From: Eledone cirrhosa
Lineage: Eukaryota
NCBI GenBank assembly: GCA_964016885.1
Contig: OZ024740.1
Coordinates: 383,284,001 to 383,348,000 of the forward strand
DNA: 64,000 nt
Direction of reading: 5' to 3'
A program made the position numbers and the translations under genes. The notes below the pieces were generated by a model. The model did no database searches and was not told the origin of the DNA. It saw nothing but the letters and a program-made list of their open reading frames with translations. Below are positions 40,786-55,267 of the stretch, in pieces (positions within the stretch are counted from its first letter, which is position 1; every line of letters starts with the position of its first letter).

Positions 40786-42399
40786 TTATTTGTGATATAT
40801 TTTGTTTGTTATATTCATACACTTATTTTGACGTACGAAAGATTGATTAAGTAATGAATGGCAGAAAGTATGGTCTGATTTACATTAGAAGATAATGGCA
40901 CTGAATATTATAATTTCGAGGTCATAGACAGTCATATGCACTCTTCTACTCGAACTACAATTTAATGTCATAAAAGAAAGAAAAGTTTCGATAAAATTAC
41001 ACTACGTTTTAATACACATATGTTAGATATAGGTGATGGAAGAAATTGTAGCATATTGTCATACATTTTTCAATATTTGTTTAAATCTCATAGGATGACA
41101 AATTAATCGCCATTCCAACCCAATTTGAACTGATTAACAAATGTGATTACATCACACCGTTTTGAATACTACTATATAAGTAATATACAAAACATTAGAG
41201 ATTTAAACATGTTTTAAAATCGAATAAACTCCACATAATTGGTTAACTTAAAACAAAGAAAGATTTAAGTTTTAGCCAATTTGTTAACAGAAGTAAAATC
41301 TGATATATGAGTTCGTCCTACTTTTTTAAATAGTAGACGATCAGTATAGAGAACCGTTGAGCGATAGGAAGTTTGAAATTCATAAGTTAGCATATTTGAA
41401 AGAAGATTTGTATGCCAGCTCTCTTAACATTTGGAAATCAGGAAAATTAATATAAACACTAAACCAATATTGCAAATACCAAAACAGCACAAACAATGTA
41501 GTAAATCCGTTTTAAAACATACAATAAAAAAAACAAGGGATTGATACTTCAAATTGACCTTATTCTCCCATTACTTTACTGGACTTTTCAAATTAAATGA
41601 TACAACGGTTCAGTTATATTCAAATATTGAAAGGGCGTCCATTCAGAATATCGTTAATATGCATTCGAAAATGCAAACAGAAGCTGATTCAGCAGCCAGC
41701 TTGACAGCCGAAATAGGTAACAACAACAATTATCACTACCATTACCAAGAATAAGGCAACGACAGCAACAGTGACAATAACAACGACCCGCATCATGGGT
41801 GAAAGAAGGCCTTCGAGCCCCAACAACCAGCCTGGCAGCCGAAATAAGTATCGGTATCAACTACCACTACCATTGACAAGAGGAAGCCAACTCCAGCATC
41901 GGTGACAATAACAACCTTTGGGTCATTACGCTGGGAACAACCACCTGCTTTCTGTTTGTACATTCATCCATTCATTCAATAATTTATTTGTTAACTTTCT
42001 ATTTTCGTGTCTGTGTCCCTCCATGCAACCCCCTTCTCTTTTATCTTGTCTTCTGCCGCCTCCATATCTCATGTAGGTGAGCTATGAGGCCTCACTCACA
42101 CCAACACTTTCCCTTCCATCCACGTGCAGTTGTGCCTAGAACCTAGGCTGGTGACAACCAGCCAATCTCCCCTGATGCCGCTTGGTGCTCCAGTCCCCGA
42201 CTCCACTCCCCATCCTCAATCCCCACCAGTCAACAACTGCAGCACTTGCAGCACCACGAACAGAAAAGCGGGAACTGTTCGAGGTGCGGCTGCTTCCACC
42301 ACCTCACCTGTGGTAGCTTCACGCGTCGATATTTCAGTGCCGTTACAGCGTGGGATGCAGAAACTGTCTCTTCTCCTCGTCTGCCCTACCACAACCGCC

Positions 42400-43461
42400 T
42401 GGCACTCCAACAGATATGACAACGAGCTTACCTGATGCCCAAGCCTCGCTGGTAAACAGCGCTCCGTGCTACAGCCACGCATCGTTTCTTGCTGACCTCG
42501 ATACTTGTATCCGAGCGGCAGCTGGGGAGATATGCAACCTCAGGTTTGATGACATTGGATGGCAACAGGCCACGTTACCAGTCAGTTATGGCGGCCTAGG
42601 CTTCCGGTCCCCGATCTCTTTGTATTTGCCGGCATTCTTTCATCGGTAATCTCATGCCGCCTCCTCGTCAGCATGGTTCTCCAAAGCACAATAGAACCCT
42701 CTGTGTTCAGTTAACGTGAGGTCGCCTGTGAGGCGTGGGACAGGCTGGAACTTAGCCCGGTAGACGTCCCTCCTCTTTCTCCACCTGCTGACGTCAAGTC
42801 CCCCCAAAGTGTATGGGATGCCATTCAGTGCAGATTGGTCTCAGACAGGCTCACGCGCCAGCTGGACCAGCACCGCCTTGCCTGTTTTCGCGCGGCCTCC
42901 AAACCACACAGTAGTGCCTGGCTCCATGCCTTACCCCCTACTCCACTGGCACGGAGCTGGATAACGATAGTCAGCGCATCGGCGTTTCCTTGAGGCTTGG
43001 ACTCCAGATCTGCGAGCCACAAATATGTCACTTAGGATCCACAGTGGTCTCTTTCGGACTCCACCCGCTGTCCTGTCGCCACAGTGCCCGGACGCCTTCC
43101 ACGCGATGTTGCCTTCAACGAGGTCATTAAGCATGGCTTGGACGCTGCTGACCTCCGCTCCCAGCTCGAGTTGGTGGGGCAGGACCGAAGGGATGGCAAA
43201 AGGCCAGACGGAATGACCATCTTCCCGTTCCGCGGTGGCAAACCCCTCGTCTGGGATGCCACTTGCAGACACACTTTCTCCAGACACAACCTGATGGAGT
43301 CTGCGACTAACCCAGGTTCTGCTGTACGTCGGGCTGAGAAAGCCAAACTCTCCAAGTACCGGTTGCTCTCCAACAGGTTCGCGGGCGTGCCCTCTGCAGT
43401 GGTGACTTCTGATGTCCTTGGCCCTAGGGCTGCCTCCCTATTTGCTCACCATACGTATTAA
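42400..43461 (+). mobile_element. CRE-like non-LTR retrotransposon fragment
   Basis: QATLPVSYGGLGFR, AWLHALP, NEVI, GKRPDG..WDATC..AEKAKLSKY (PD-(D/E)xK nuclease); stops and frameshifts; may extend 5' to about 42060. Confidence 0.8.
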
Positions 43462-44104
43462 TAGGCAAAGTTATAAACTATTGTGAATAAATCTTTCTCG
43501 TTATTAACGTTTATATATATATATATATTAAAAATAAAGAAATTTGGTTAGAAACGACACTTAAGTGAAAAATGTCGTAGTAGTCAAAAGTGGCATCGGT
43601 CCTTCAAACTTTCCGTCGTTTAATTAAGATTTCTGTAACAATGTAAAATGAAGTGGGTGAAAAGTATATATACGACGGAATATATCAGAGGTTTATTCTA
43701 CTTAATTTATACTCACGCATACAAATGCAATATACTGCTCAGACTCAGAATTTACAAATACTGCTGGGTAAATGAATATTTCATCACTGATAGTTTAGAA
43801 TAATAGCTTATCTATAACTTATGGCGTATTAATTCAGCTATATGAATGATATTTGTGCTAACAGCTTCATAAAGGTAAATCAAATGAGTGATTCTATATT
43901 AAATAAAATGTTTGTAAATATCAAAATATACTTAACGTCTCCTAGACTATAATTAGATCGTTACATACTGATATGAGAATTGATAATGATAAATAAATTC
44001 AAAGATAATCAATCAAAATGAAGAGGCATTCCTCCGGTAAGATTCGATGTAATTGGTTAAATGTACATTGGAAATAAACACACACACACCATACACACAC
44101 ACAT

Positions 44105-44223
<119 letters not shown>

Positions 44224-44619
44224 TAGTCAAAGCGTGGAGGTGGAAATGCACAAAGGTATATTTAAAGAGATTATTTGTTTCTTTAAAGCGACAGAATGAA
44301 TAATTTTATAATTGTTGCGTTAAATATAACCGATTACCATTGGTTTAAAACTCTTATCAAATATTCATAATAAACAGTTTTTCATGCATACTGAGAGCAG
44401 TTCGAATATATGTGAGCTGTTTGTCAAAATTTCTTCTTATATATATGTATCTTATGAAGGGGGAGGTGTGAAAGTAAAGGTGGGGTTTATCATGTCAGGA
44501 ATTCAATTGAATTCATTTATCACCACATTCTCTACACACCTTTATAAAGAACATACATACCAGAAGAAAGTTTGACGGAAAACTCACATATATACGAAAA
44601 ACACTTTTTTAAATATTCC

Positions 44620-45390
44620 CCATATCTTAGCTAATCGATTTTGCCCAATTCTCTCAAACCTAACAACATGAGAGAGAGACCAAATATGAGAGAGAAAAAA
44701 TACTAACAAAGAGAAAAGTCTCTCAGATACTAATCTGTAACAACATTCAAAAAGCAAGACAAATTAATATCTAAGTACTACGAGCAAATGAAAAACGGAA
44801 AAAAAGTTCATTCATTATATTTCAACAGTAAACCCAAATAACACAGAAATGTACACACGCATACAACTAAGCTTACCTATTCTAAGAAGAACAAAAATGA
44901 AAGGCTTCTTATAAAAATACCTAATTATAAAAATGTAAACCACGGTCTAATTCGCTAAACAATAGCAACTATTACAAAGTTGCAAATTAGAATTAAAAAG
45001 CCTCAAGGGCAAAGGTGCAACCAACCTGACTGCAACATGTGAAACTATCTATTAGAAGGCTAACATCAAAGAGAGTCCCATTTTCAAAAATTAAAAAGGA
45101 TTTCTCATGCAATTCAGAAAATTTAATATATATAACATATTACATGTAACTGTTGCCGAACAAGGGCCAAATAGGATTAACACTCCAACAAAGAATGACA
45201 GATAACTGCCAGTGAATTAGTGATCCATATATACAAGAAAAATCCCTCTTAAACAAAGTATAGAGAAATGCAGGCGGCGATATTTTGGCAAATTTCACTA
45301 TCTTCCCTTTCTACTAATTTTGCCAATCAACATTAGGGGAAAAGCACACTGGTAATGAAAAGATGATTATCGAAATATTTAGGCAAAGCC
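44620..45390 (+). mobile_element. Degenerate PLE remnant (linker + GIY-YIG)
   Basis: Fragments CNQPDCNM, FSCNSENLIY, LTLQQRMT, IFPFY resemble the GIY-YIG at 54560-54805. Confidence 0.55.
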
Positions 45391-45607
45391 GAGCCAGATA
45401 TGCCTCATGTGTAACAAAAACATATACGGCAATAATATTACAAATGGAAACTTACAAAATTAGAAATGAAGAAAACAGTGGAAAGGGCGTTTAAGTGAAT
45501 CAGGTCAAGTACAACATTATATTTTGTGTAAGAAAATATTTTATCGCTACGTATTGTTCAAGGAAAATCTATGTATAATAAATAAAGACATTAGATTATT
45601 TTTCAAA

Positions 45608-45697
<90 letters not shown>

Positions 45698-48600
45698 TGT
45701 GTGCATGAGTGTGTGTGTGAGTGCGTATGTGTACGTGTGTGTATGTATATATTTATATATGTATATAACCTTCTCTAAAGACTATGTACTTTAAATATAT
45801 TCATGCAGTCACACTGGAATTCTTTTTAGGCTACTTCTTTCCTAAAAGACTATTAGAATTAAAGATGAGATGACGCAACAACATTGTATTTTTATTCTTC
45901 ATTATCATGTAATAGATTTAGTTTCTTCATTATACTTGCCGCAAGGAATTCATTATACTCCATTTTAATTTTATTAATCATAATTTTCAAGCATAGTAAT
46001 TCGATAGATTGGTAATAGCTTTAAAATAACTAATCACAATGTTAAGAAAATTTAATCATTTCACAGTTAAAGTGGTTATGATTATATGGCTTAAATGAGA
46101 TAATATCATTGAAAACAATAATAGCATTAAAATCGTAATGTCTTCATTGGTTGAATGGAGATGGCTTTATGATTTACGGCATTGCCACCTTAATCGATCC
46201 ACTATTCTACTCATAAATACCACGCTAGTATAAAATGCTTTGTCTTTATACTCGTAATCAGGTAGTTTTCTGAGGAGTGTGAATCCTAAGATTTTCGAAG
46301 AATAAATATTAAACGTGAAAGTAGTTGTAAATCCTGATTAAAAATATGATGATGCGGATGAAAAATTTAACGCAAGTAATGTTTAACAGGACAGACATCT
46401 GCCAGACAATACTAACAGTTTATCATTTAACTTTCATTAAATAACAATGAGTTAATTGTTAAAACGAATAATAAGTGTGAAAATAAATGGTGATATAATA
46501 CACCGATTAGTTTATAAAATTGATTTAATTCTATCTGCTATAATGTATGTATTAAACATATACGGTGATCTGCTGCCATATCTAAACAATCTAAGTAAAC
46601 ACGAGACATATCACTGCCAGACCGATTCCCAACGTTATCTCTCACATAAATTGAGGTTACCATAGAATTAAGAGCCATATAATTCAACGTATAGAATCCT
46701 TACGTTTAATTTGATGCATAAAACTTTCGAACAATGAAGAGCACAATACGGAATTTCTAGAAACAAAGAAACAGGTGTTTAACGAAATCGATAAGTCACA
46801 ACAAAGAGTGCATGCCATCAAACCAACGATCACAGTAACTGTAAAATAGGCCACAAACTAGAAGGCATCGTGGACTGATAAATGCAGATTAATATATGTG
46901 ACAGCGACTCAGTATATTTGGAGACAAGGGACTAGTGCACATAAGGCATAATCTGCCTAAGCACCGGTACTTAAGATATGATTAGCCCTAAAAGAACAGA
47001 TGTATAAATGTCTCTGTGTATCGTTCGAACCTGTGACTTCGGAATAATATATGAATAAATATCTGTCAAAAACCATTCCCTGATGCACTGAATGTATGCT
47101 TTAGAGATTGTAATTATTAATTACTAATCAAGTAATCCATAACCGCAAAATGTATATGGTTAAGAAATCACTGAATACTGCATGGGTTTGTTATAGAAAG
47201 TGTTTTGCTAGTAATTTCCAAGACGGGAGTAGACACTTAAAATACGTCAGCAGAATATGCAAATTATTCTTCATATGTGTAAAAAATTAGTGAGTGTTAA
47301 ATATGTGTCACCCCTATGAGAATAGAATTATTCCGAGGATATTCTGTCACTACACCTATTCTAATTTGTATTAACCCGCATATTACGAAAGTGTAGATTT
47401 GTATTCGCATAATATAGGAGTAGAATGTATCCTTTTACTTTCATATTGACTACCTCAATTTGTACACTGCAGAAATCAAACATGAATGTCCAGTCTGCAG
47501 ATTTAACAGCGAACAATGAGACAGGATACAATTTGGAAGAGTGAGCCGATGTTACATTTTTCGAGAGGCCAAATATTAAGATTACAATTATCATGTAATC
47601 TAAAGAAACAGCTAGTAACAGAAAAAAAAAACGAATTACAAATATTAAGATCAATGTATTTAACAAAGTAAAACACAAAGGATTGAAATTGTGATGAAGG
47701 TATATTGTAGAGGCCTTATATCAATCTGTAAAATATAGGAAATGCAACACGTAGTTTAGCATGAAACATTATTTAAGCCAGTGTTCTTAGTAGTGAGTCT
47801 TAGCTCTCATATGAACTACGATTATGCAATCGACTATACATTTGAGATGAACAGAAAGAAGGAACTTGAAAATATTCGATACTTGTGTTACATCGAAGTG
47901 ATAAATGTAATTTTGTAAAATGGTCATAAGAATGATGTGATACAGCATTTTTTTAATTGTTAGTGGGGTGGGAGGGTGGATTACATAATACCAGTGCTAT
48001 ACATAAAGATCCTTTAAAATACCAAATTATACCGCGATCTTGAGCTGTAATTATGTATGTACATGCGTGTGTGTATATATATATGTGTGTTACAGTAGCG
48101 GAAATACCTAACCCGGTGTGTGAAAGAAAATATGGGGGTTGTTATAGCAAGCTATGTGCTGCAAATATTCTGCCTTATCAGGATGGGCGAATGTTCAGTT
48201 ACATTATTATCAGCAACGTTAAATGACAACTGCTACTTTTCAAGATTCACCGTTAGTGATATACATAACCATACACAACTACATATTGACATAGACACAC
48301 TGGTACTCGTTTTTGCCAAGCGCATATATCTGCAACCACGCCCATGCAAATACACATAGATTAATGTTTAAATAAATAAATGCACGAGGACGCTAGTAGG
48401 TAGTTACCTTCGTGCAAATCTCCACGATCTTCATATTTCTCAGCATGAAAGCAAAGTCGAACATCCTAAATACATAATTACAATGGCAAAAAATAGAATG
48501 CATCCATATACTTCTTTGAATTAACGTTGTTGAACATCGTTCCAACAAGTATTGTACGTATTAATTATGTTATAACAAAGTTATACACTCTATATAATAA

Positions 48601-48829
48601 TGAACATTAGGATAGAAAGTAATGAATAAGAAATATAGAATGATAATCAGAACGAAGCAATACTTATACATATGTGTAATGAACAAACTCTTTCGCCTAC
48701 AATTATATAATAGAATTAACGAAATCTTAACATATACTCATATACACAGTCGTTTATATATATATATATATATATATATTCTAGGGCGGGTAAAATTCCC
48801 GAGACCCATGGACGAGTTATCTCCAGCGG

Positions 48830-49135
48830 TCTCTGTCCCTCATTATCACTGCCATGTCCTGCGTCTCCAACAGACTAGTGTCTGTCCTTGGGGCATCAAC
48901 ATATGTTAACCTTGGTCTTCCTCTTCAAGTGTGTCGATGCAGGGGCTCCCACAGGAGCACTGAGAGCAGTGTCAACTCTGGATGTCAGTGAGCATGTCCA
49001 GCTAACCTCAATCTTCTCTGTGTCACTTTTGAGCTAACATTTGGGAGGCTCTCGTACAGCTCTGAGTTTGTTATCCTAAGTGTATACTGATTAATATTCA
49101 GAGCCATCCTCAGCATTCTCATATAGCACCCATCT
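48830..49135 (-). mobile_element. RTE/RTEX-type LINE C-terminal fragment
   Basis: Minus-strand translation RMLRMALNI...TNSELY...RRLRLAGH...LLWEP...RGRPRLTYVD. Confidence 0.7.
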
Positions 49136-50029
49136 GGCGAGAGAGAGAGGAAGAGAGATCGAGATACGTATGATAATTGCTATAGCGTTCAAACTGAAAT
49201 AAAGGCAAATGGATTTATGTTGGGAGTGTACATCGTAAGATCTTCAAGTAGTAACATCCATTTACGACGGCGTATCGTGAGCAAGAAAATGTATTTCATG
49301 CTGCAACAGTCCACTCGGATCGAAGGAAAAATGTTATATATGTATATATAGTACAGAGGGCCAGTCTTGCTACAGATTGTGTCACACAGCATATCACTAA
49401 CAACTACGTTATGGGTACACATGAATTGGTGATGTACATCCACTCGCAAATGCAGGAGAGAGATGCCCGCAGATCAAACAACAGAAACACGCGTAGGATC
49501 AGAGGGAGTTACTTTTCTTTGTCTGGGCTTTTCTTCTGTTCCCATGAGTCAATTCAATTCGAGGATTCTGGTGTACTCCCCTGGTCGTAGCTGTCCCATC
49601 AGACTTGGGCTGCTGAATTTTCACTTTTCGTGGGTCTGGAGCTAGACTCCTTTGTACATCGGAAGTGTCATGCTTCTGTTAATTTTATGAGCCTACCCTT
49701 GTATGCTGGTTCAAGACATGTTGAAATAGAGCGTTTGGAAGGTAACGCAAAAAACTGATTTTATCGTGACACCATCACTACGTGGATTTTCAAACAAGGC
49801 ACATAGTGACTCCACCCACCATCGTCAAGAGATGGCATCCCGTGCCAGATCTTATGTTGGTGCTTTAGCCTTCGTGGATGCACATATATTATAAAGTAAA
49901 AAGTGTAGAATTATGAAGTAAAGATATACAAGGTTAAAATAATACAATCCCATATATATCCATTCACACAATATATATATACACATATGTACATATGTAC
50001 ACACTATTGGATATCCCCTGACACTCATA

Positions 50030-50190
50030 AGTTCATCTGCGCTTTGTCAGGTTTTGTTTTTCGCCTACACACTATCCAGAATCACCTTCCTCAGCAAGCA
50101 GGCTTGGTCGCCGGTTTAATTGCCGACTTCCGGACAATACGACAGGTTTAGGGGAGTTACATGTTACCGGTAACACACAAGAGGAGCCTC
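50030..50190 (-). mobile_element. Diverged RTE 5' UTR fragment
   Basis: Homologous to 7930-8070 (GACAGGTTTTGTTTTT...ACATGTTACC.GTA.CAC). Confidence 0.6.
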
Positions 50191-50199
50191 ACACGTGAT

Positions 50200-51000
50200 A
50201 TCTTGAGTTTCTGGGCTAAATTATATGAAGGACTGTACTTCAGCAACTCAGAACCAACAACAATTGATGATTCGACATCAGATGCCATTTCACATATCTT
50301 ACCCAGCGAGATATCGTGTACCATCAACAATTTGAAGCGAGGAAAAAACCTTGGACTAGACAACACATACTCAGAGTTCATCAAAGTTAGAGGCGAAAAA
50401 CTTATCAAAGCACTTCAACATCTTTTTAACCGTATTATCACCACAGAAATAGGCCACAACTTGTTCAAAGATGAATTGATAGCTGTACTCTACAAAAAGG
50501 GTAGCAGACTTGATTGTTCGAACTATTGTCCTTACAGTATATCGCGTCATGTTTACAAACATTTCAGTATCATTGCAGCTCGTGTTAAGTCAGAATGTTA
50601 CGCCTTAAATATTTGAAACGCAAGCGGTGTATTAACCTGCAATAGGTTATACCAACTCAACAACGTATATTAAAGCAAATCTGAGAACTAGACGGTATAT
50701 AGACAACATGAAGAGTGTTAAGCAGGAAAATGTACTATCAGCACTTCTTTTTTTGTATCATTATAGCTGCACTTATGTACCAAACTGGAGAAGAATGCTC
50801 CTCCGGCAATCAAATAGAATGTCACATCCAATCAAATATTAGCTATGTAGAGGATATTGCCTTCATGAGTTACTCTAGAACTGATCTGTAAAATCTTCTG
50901 AATATATTGACCAAATATGTACTAGAGGTTGGCTTACACATCAACGTCTCCAAAACGAAGTGTAGGACATCTGATAACAAAAATACAAATCTATAACGCA
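50200..51000 (+). mobile_element. Degenerate LINE RT fragment
   Basis: EI..TINNLKRGKNLGLD...LYKKGSRLDCSNY and downstream LAYVEDI...GLHINVSKTK. Confidence 0.7.
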
Positions 51001-51160
51001 ACAGTAAATTAAACTTTGCTGTTGGTGGTCGAACTATGTTGAGAAGAATATATCATGTCGATGCCCAGTCTGTAACAGGTGGAGTGAGCGTCTAGGAATA
51101 TTAATCCAAAACTATAAAATTTCTGCATAGTACTGTGTTTTTTCTTGGTTAAGATTACCT

Positions 51161-51191
<31 letters not shown>

Positions 51192-51230
51192 CTTATTGGA
51201 AAATGTATGAAATCATTGGTACAGTTAGGT

Positions 51231-51420
51231 ATATTTGAAAAGAGGAGAATAATGACGTCACTTGTAGTTCTAAACAATTTGATTTTATTTCATAATATTA
51301 TAATTTTACAATTTAGTTTTGTAGATCTACAAAACTTAATTGTAAAATTATAATATTATAAAATTACATCCTATTGTTTAGAACTACAAGTGAAGTCATT
51401 CTTTTCCTTTTTTCAAATAT
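51231..51420. repeat. Loop-less imperfect palindrome of about 190 bp
   Basis: Centre GTAGA|TCTAC 51321-51330; arms AATGACGTCACTTGTAGTTCTAAACAAT / ATTGTTTAGAACTACAAGTGAAGTCATT. Confidence 0.85.
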
Positions 51421-51428
51421 ATATATGT

Positions 51429-51473
<45 letters not shown>

Positions 51474-52164
51474 TATGTATCTATGTGTGTGTTAAGTGAT
51501 ACATATATTTTCATCGAATTCATGAAACTATGAATTTGCCATGTATTGTTTATTCTATTTTTATTCATCTTAAAGATTTCACATTTATGAAATTTAAAAT
51601 CGTCAACCTTATATAAATAAACGTGGAAAAATGTTGAAGTAGATGCAACGAAAATGTAAAAACAGTTTTCAAACATGTAAACTGTCTTCTATTTTTAATT
51701 TGCCATTGACATCCTTAATAATTTATTAGGTTTAAATATAACTATATTTGCAAATATCTATGAAAAAAAAGTAATTTTTAAACAAACATTTTATTACATT
51801 TCATAATGGAACAAAAATGTATTTTGTTTCTTGAAATTTGTTAAAATTAAATGTTTGGAAATTTCATTTGTAGAATCTATACAAGAAATATCAATGGAAA
51901 ATGTTGATAAAAGCAAAACTGGTATCTTGTTTTATTACACGGTGTTCCAAATACCTTAGTTAAAAACATGCAACGAATACTGTATTTTGAACGGAAAATT
52001 ATATATTAGATTTTATAGAAAAATAAAAGAAATCAAATAAATACTTAATATTACAAATAACTTGATACAATATATAATGAAAATATTTCTTATTGCGAAC
52101 AAATATTGTACATTGTTTTACAACATTATATATCTATATTATATATCTACATTATATATCTATA

Positions 52165-52346
52165 AGGGCGGTGAATTGGCAGTATTGGTAGGGGCTCAGA
52201 CATGCTTTCCAGCGTAGTTACTTCCCTTTACGATCTGAGTTCAAATCCCGCCGAGGTTAACTTTGCCTTTCATCCTTGCAGGGTCGATAAAATAAAGTAC
52301 CAGTAATACACTGGTAATTGCTGGCCTTGTGCCAAAAGTAGAAACA
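52165..52346 (+). mobile_element. Nin-like tRNA SINE, full length
   Basis: TSD ATTATATATCTATA at 52151-52164 and 52347-52360. Confidence 0.88.
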
Positions 52347-52930
52347 ATTATATATCTATATTGTCACAAGTTAAGCTGTAGTTGTTCCTGTGATACCAGT
52401 TGCGCGTATATTACCTGATAATTCGTGACAATTGACTACGGTACTATATCTGACAAAAGGTTCCTCCATCCTTTCCATCATTCACAGACAAATTTACTGA
52501 TCAATTATTTATCACAGCCGTTAATTACTTTACTTCGTATTAAATGCACGCGCACACACAAATACACACATGCGACATGGAAATTCCTGTATCACAAATA
52601 ATTATATGATTTAAATCACTGATTCTAAGTTTCAATATGTTTTAATGTGATATTTTTCTTCAAACAACTCGTAGTTCAGAATGCACATATATCTTAATTT
52701 ACAAATTTCTTTTCTATATTTGTAGAATCCATCAAAAACTACAAGGAGACAGAAACACCCGGTAAAATACTTTTCGTAATTATCAGTCAATATTTGCATA
52801 AATGACCACGGGTATTTATTATCTAGATGTGACACTGAATATTGTACACACGCACCCATACACCCACACACCCCCATACACACAAATACACACATATACA
52901 CACACACACATATATATATATATATGTATA

Positions 52931-52990
<60 letters not shown>

Positions 52991-53129
52991 ATATATATGT
53001 ATATATATATATGTCTGTGTGTGTGTGTGTGTATATATATATGTATATACATATATGTATATTTATATATAATATATATATATATACATATATATATGTA
53101 TATTTATATATATATACATATATATATAC

Positions 53130-53427
<298 letters not shown>

Positions 53428-53496
53428 AAAAAGGGATGAAATCGAAAATGCAACTGAAGTCTTATTTTTTTAAAAAATATATATATTTATTTGGTT

Positions 53497-53534
53497 CCTT
53501 TACCGGTTTCGCAGTTCTTCTGCTTTTCAAAAGG
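53497..53534 (-). ncRNA. Minimal hammerhead, U3-A8 core, family C
   Basis: Exact reverse complement of 55057-55094. Confidence 0.75.
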
Positions 53535-55056
53535 TGAGTTGAGATGGAGGGTCTGTGGTTTTTCTCACATCTGGTTGGTCTCTAAATGTTACTTGTTTTA
53601 TATGGAAAAACTGGCTCGAAAACCAGGTTTTTCGAGAAGTAATTTGATTGGTTTGTCAATAATTATAATAAATTTCGCGCCAGTTCGCGTTACAATAGTT
53701 CTTCAAATAAGAGAGGGAGGGGGGGTGTCACAGGTTGTTTTTTCATATATGAGTGTTTGAATTTCTTTTTACTTGAAAAAATGAGGCTCACGAAGGCTTT
53801 TTTTTGGTTGGTTATAAATGAAATTTGGCTGTCACGTGAACAAGTTTTCATTACATTTTTGCGCCCTTATTTGGAAAACCATTCTGTAGTCTATAGTGAA
53901 TGTTATGACGATGGAGAGATAGTGGTCAAGGGAAAAGGGATTGGGAGAAATGTTCTGGTTCAGTGAATATGGCCAGCTGTCAGAGTTCAGGTGTCAGAGT
54001 TCAGATTTTCTATTGAGACTGAAGATATGTGTTTATTTGTGTGCTTGTGTGTGTGTATATGTGTGTGTGTGTGTATGTGTGTATTGGAAGATGATTCTAT
54101 TAGTAGAGATGGGGGAGGGAGTTGTGTGTATATGGGTGTTATGTGTGTGTGTGCGAGTATGTTAGATAGAGAGAATATATATTTTTTGTGTGTGTGTATA
54201 TATATGTGTGTGTAGGAAAGTGGTTCTATTAGTAGAAATGGGGAGGGTGTTGTAGGTGTGGGGGTTTTTATGTGTGTGTATGGGTGTTATGTGTGTGGGA
54301 GTATGGTTAGCATGTTAAGATGAAGAGAATATATATATATATATATATATATTGTGTGTGTGTATGTGTGTGTGTAGGAAAATGATTCCTTTAGTAGGAA
54401 TATTTTTGAATGAACATATTTTCCTGACTTTTTCGTGTTTGCTGTTGTATTGCCAGTGCAAACGTATGTTTAAGGTTTATTTAGTTCGGGTTTTTATTTT
54501 CTAAAGTAGGTGTTATGTGTGTGTGTGTATGTCATATTGTGGTGTTGACATAATGTATATTAAACCTTATTTAATGTTGGTCTATATTTTTGAATAAACA
54601 TATTTTCCTTATTTATTCGCATTTGTTCTGTTGTATTGTTAGCGCAAAGGTAAAATGGGAAGACTTGGAATTTGGGTGTCTTATTACTTGCGCAAATGTC
54701 TAGATGTGCACTTAGTGGTATTTGTCTCGTGGTTGGATCTCGTAATGGTTGGCGATGAACTGTCATTCTGTTTCTGAGTGTGAGTTTAGTTTGTCCTATA
54801 TAATCTTCATTTTTTCAAGTAAAAAGAAATTCAAACACTCATATATGAAAAAACAACCTGTGACACCCCCCCTCCCTCTCTTATTTGAAGAACTATTGTA
54901 ACGCGAACTGGCGCGAAATTTATTATAATTATTGACAAACCAATCAAATTACTTCTCAAAAAACCTGGTTTTCGAGCCAGTTTTTCCATATAAAACAAGT
55001 AACATTTAGAGACCAACCAGATGTGAGAAAAACCACAGACCCTCCATCTCAACTCA

Positions 55057-55094
55057 CCTTTTGAAAAGCAGAAGAACTGCGAAACCGGTAAAGG
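55057..55094 (+). ncRNA. Minimal hammerhead, U3-A8 core, family C
   Basis: CCTT-TTGAAAA-GCAG aagaa CTGC-GAAA-CCGG-TA-AAGG; palindromic stem III ACCGGT. Confidence 0.78.
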
Positions 55095-55224
55095 AACCAA
55101 ATAAATATATATATTTTTAAAAAAATAAGACTTCAGTTGCATTTTCGATTTCATCCCTTTTTCTTTATACTTCCACTCGTGTAGGACACCTCGGTTATTT
55201 TTCATTTTGTAAAAAAAACCTCAC

Positions 55225-55261
<37 letters not shown>

Positions 55262-55267
<6 letters not shown>

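Larger units (their letters stand above)
53422..55231 (-). mobile_element. 5'-truncated PLE with inverted pseudo-LTR, family C
   Basis: GIY-YIG tail 54560-54808 (EDYIGQTKLTLRNRMTVHRQ...FPFY...ENMFIQKYRPTLN); near-identical inverted arms about 53422-53781 / 54810-55169. Confidence 0.85.

Noticed and set aside
46255-46340. CTGAGGA...GAAA with distal TAATCAGG/CCTGATTA pairing
   Set aside because: Stem III is mismatched and stem II is weak
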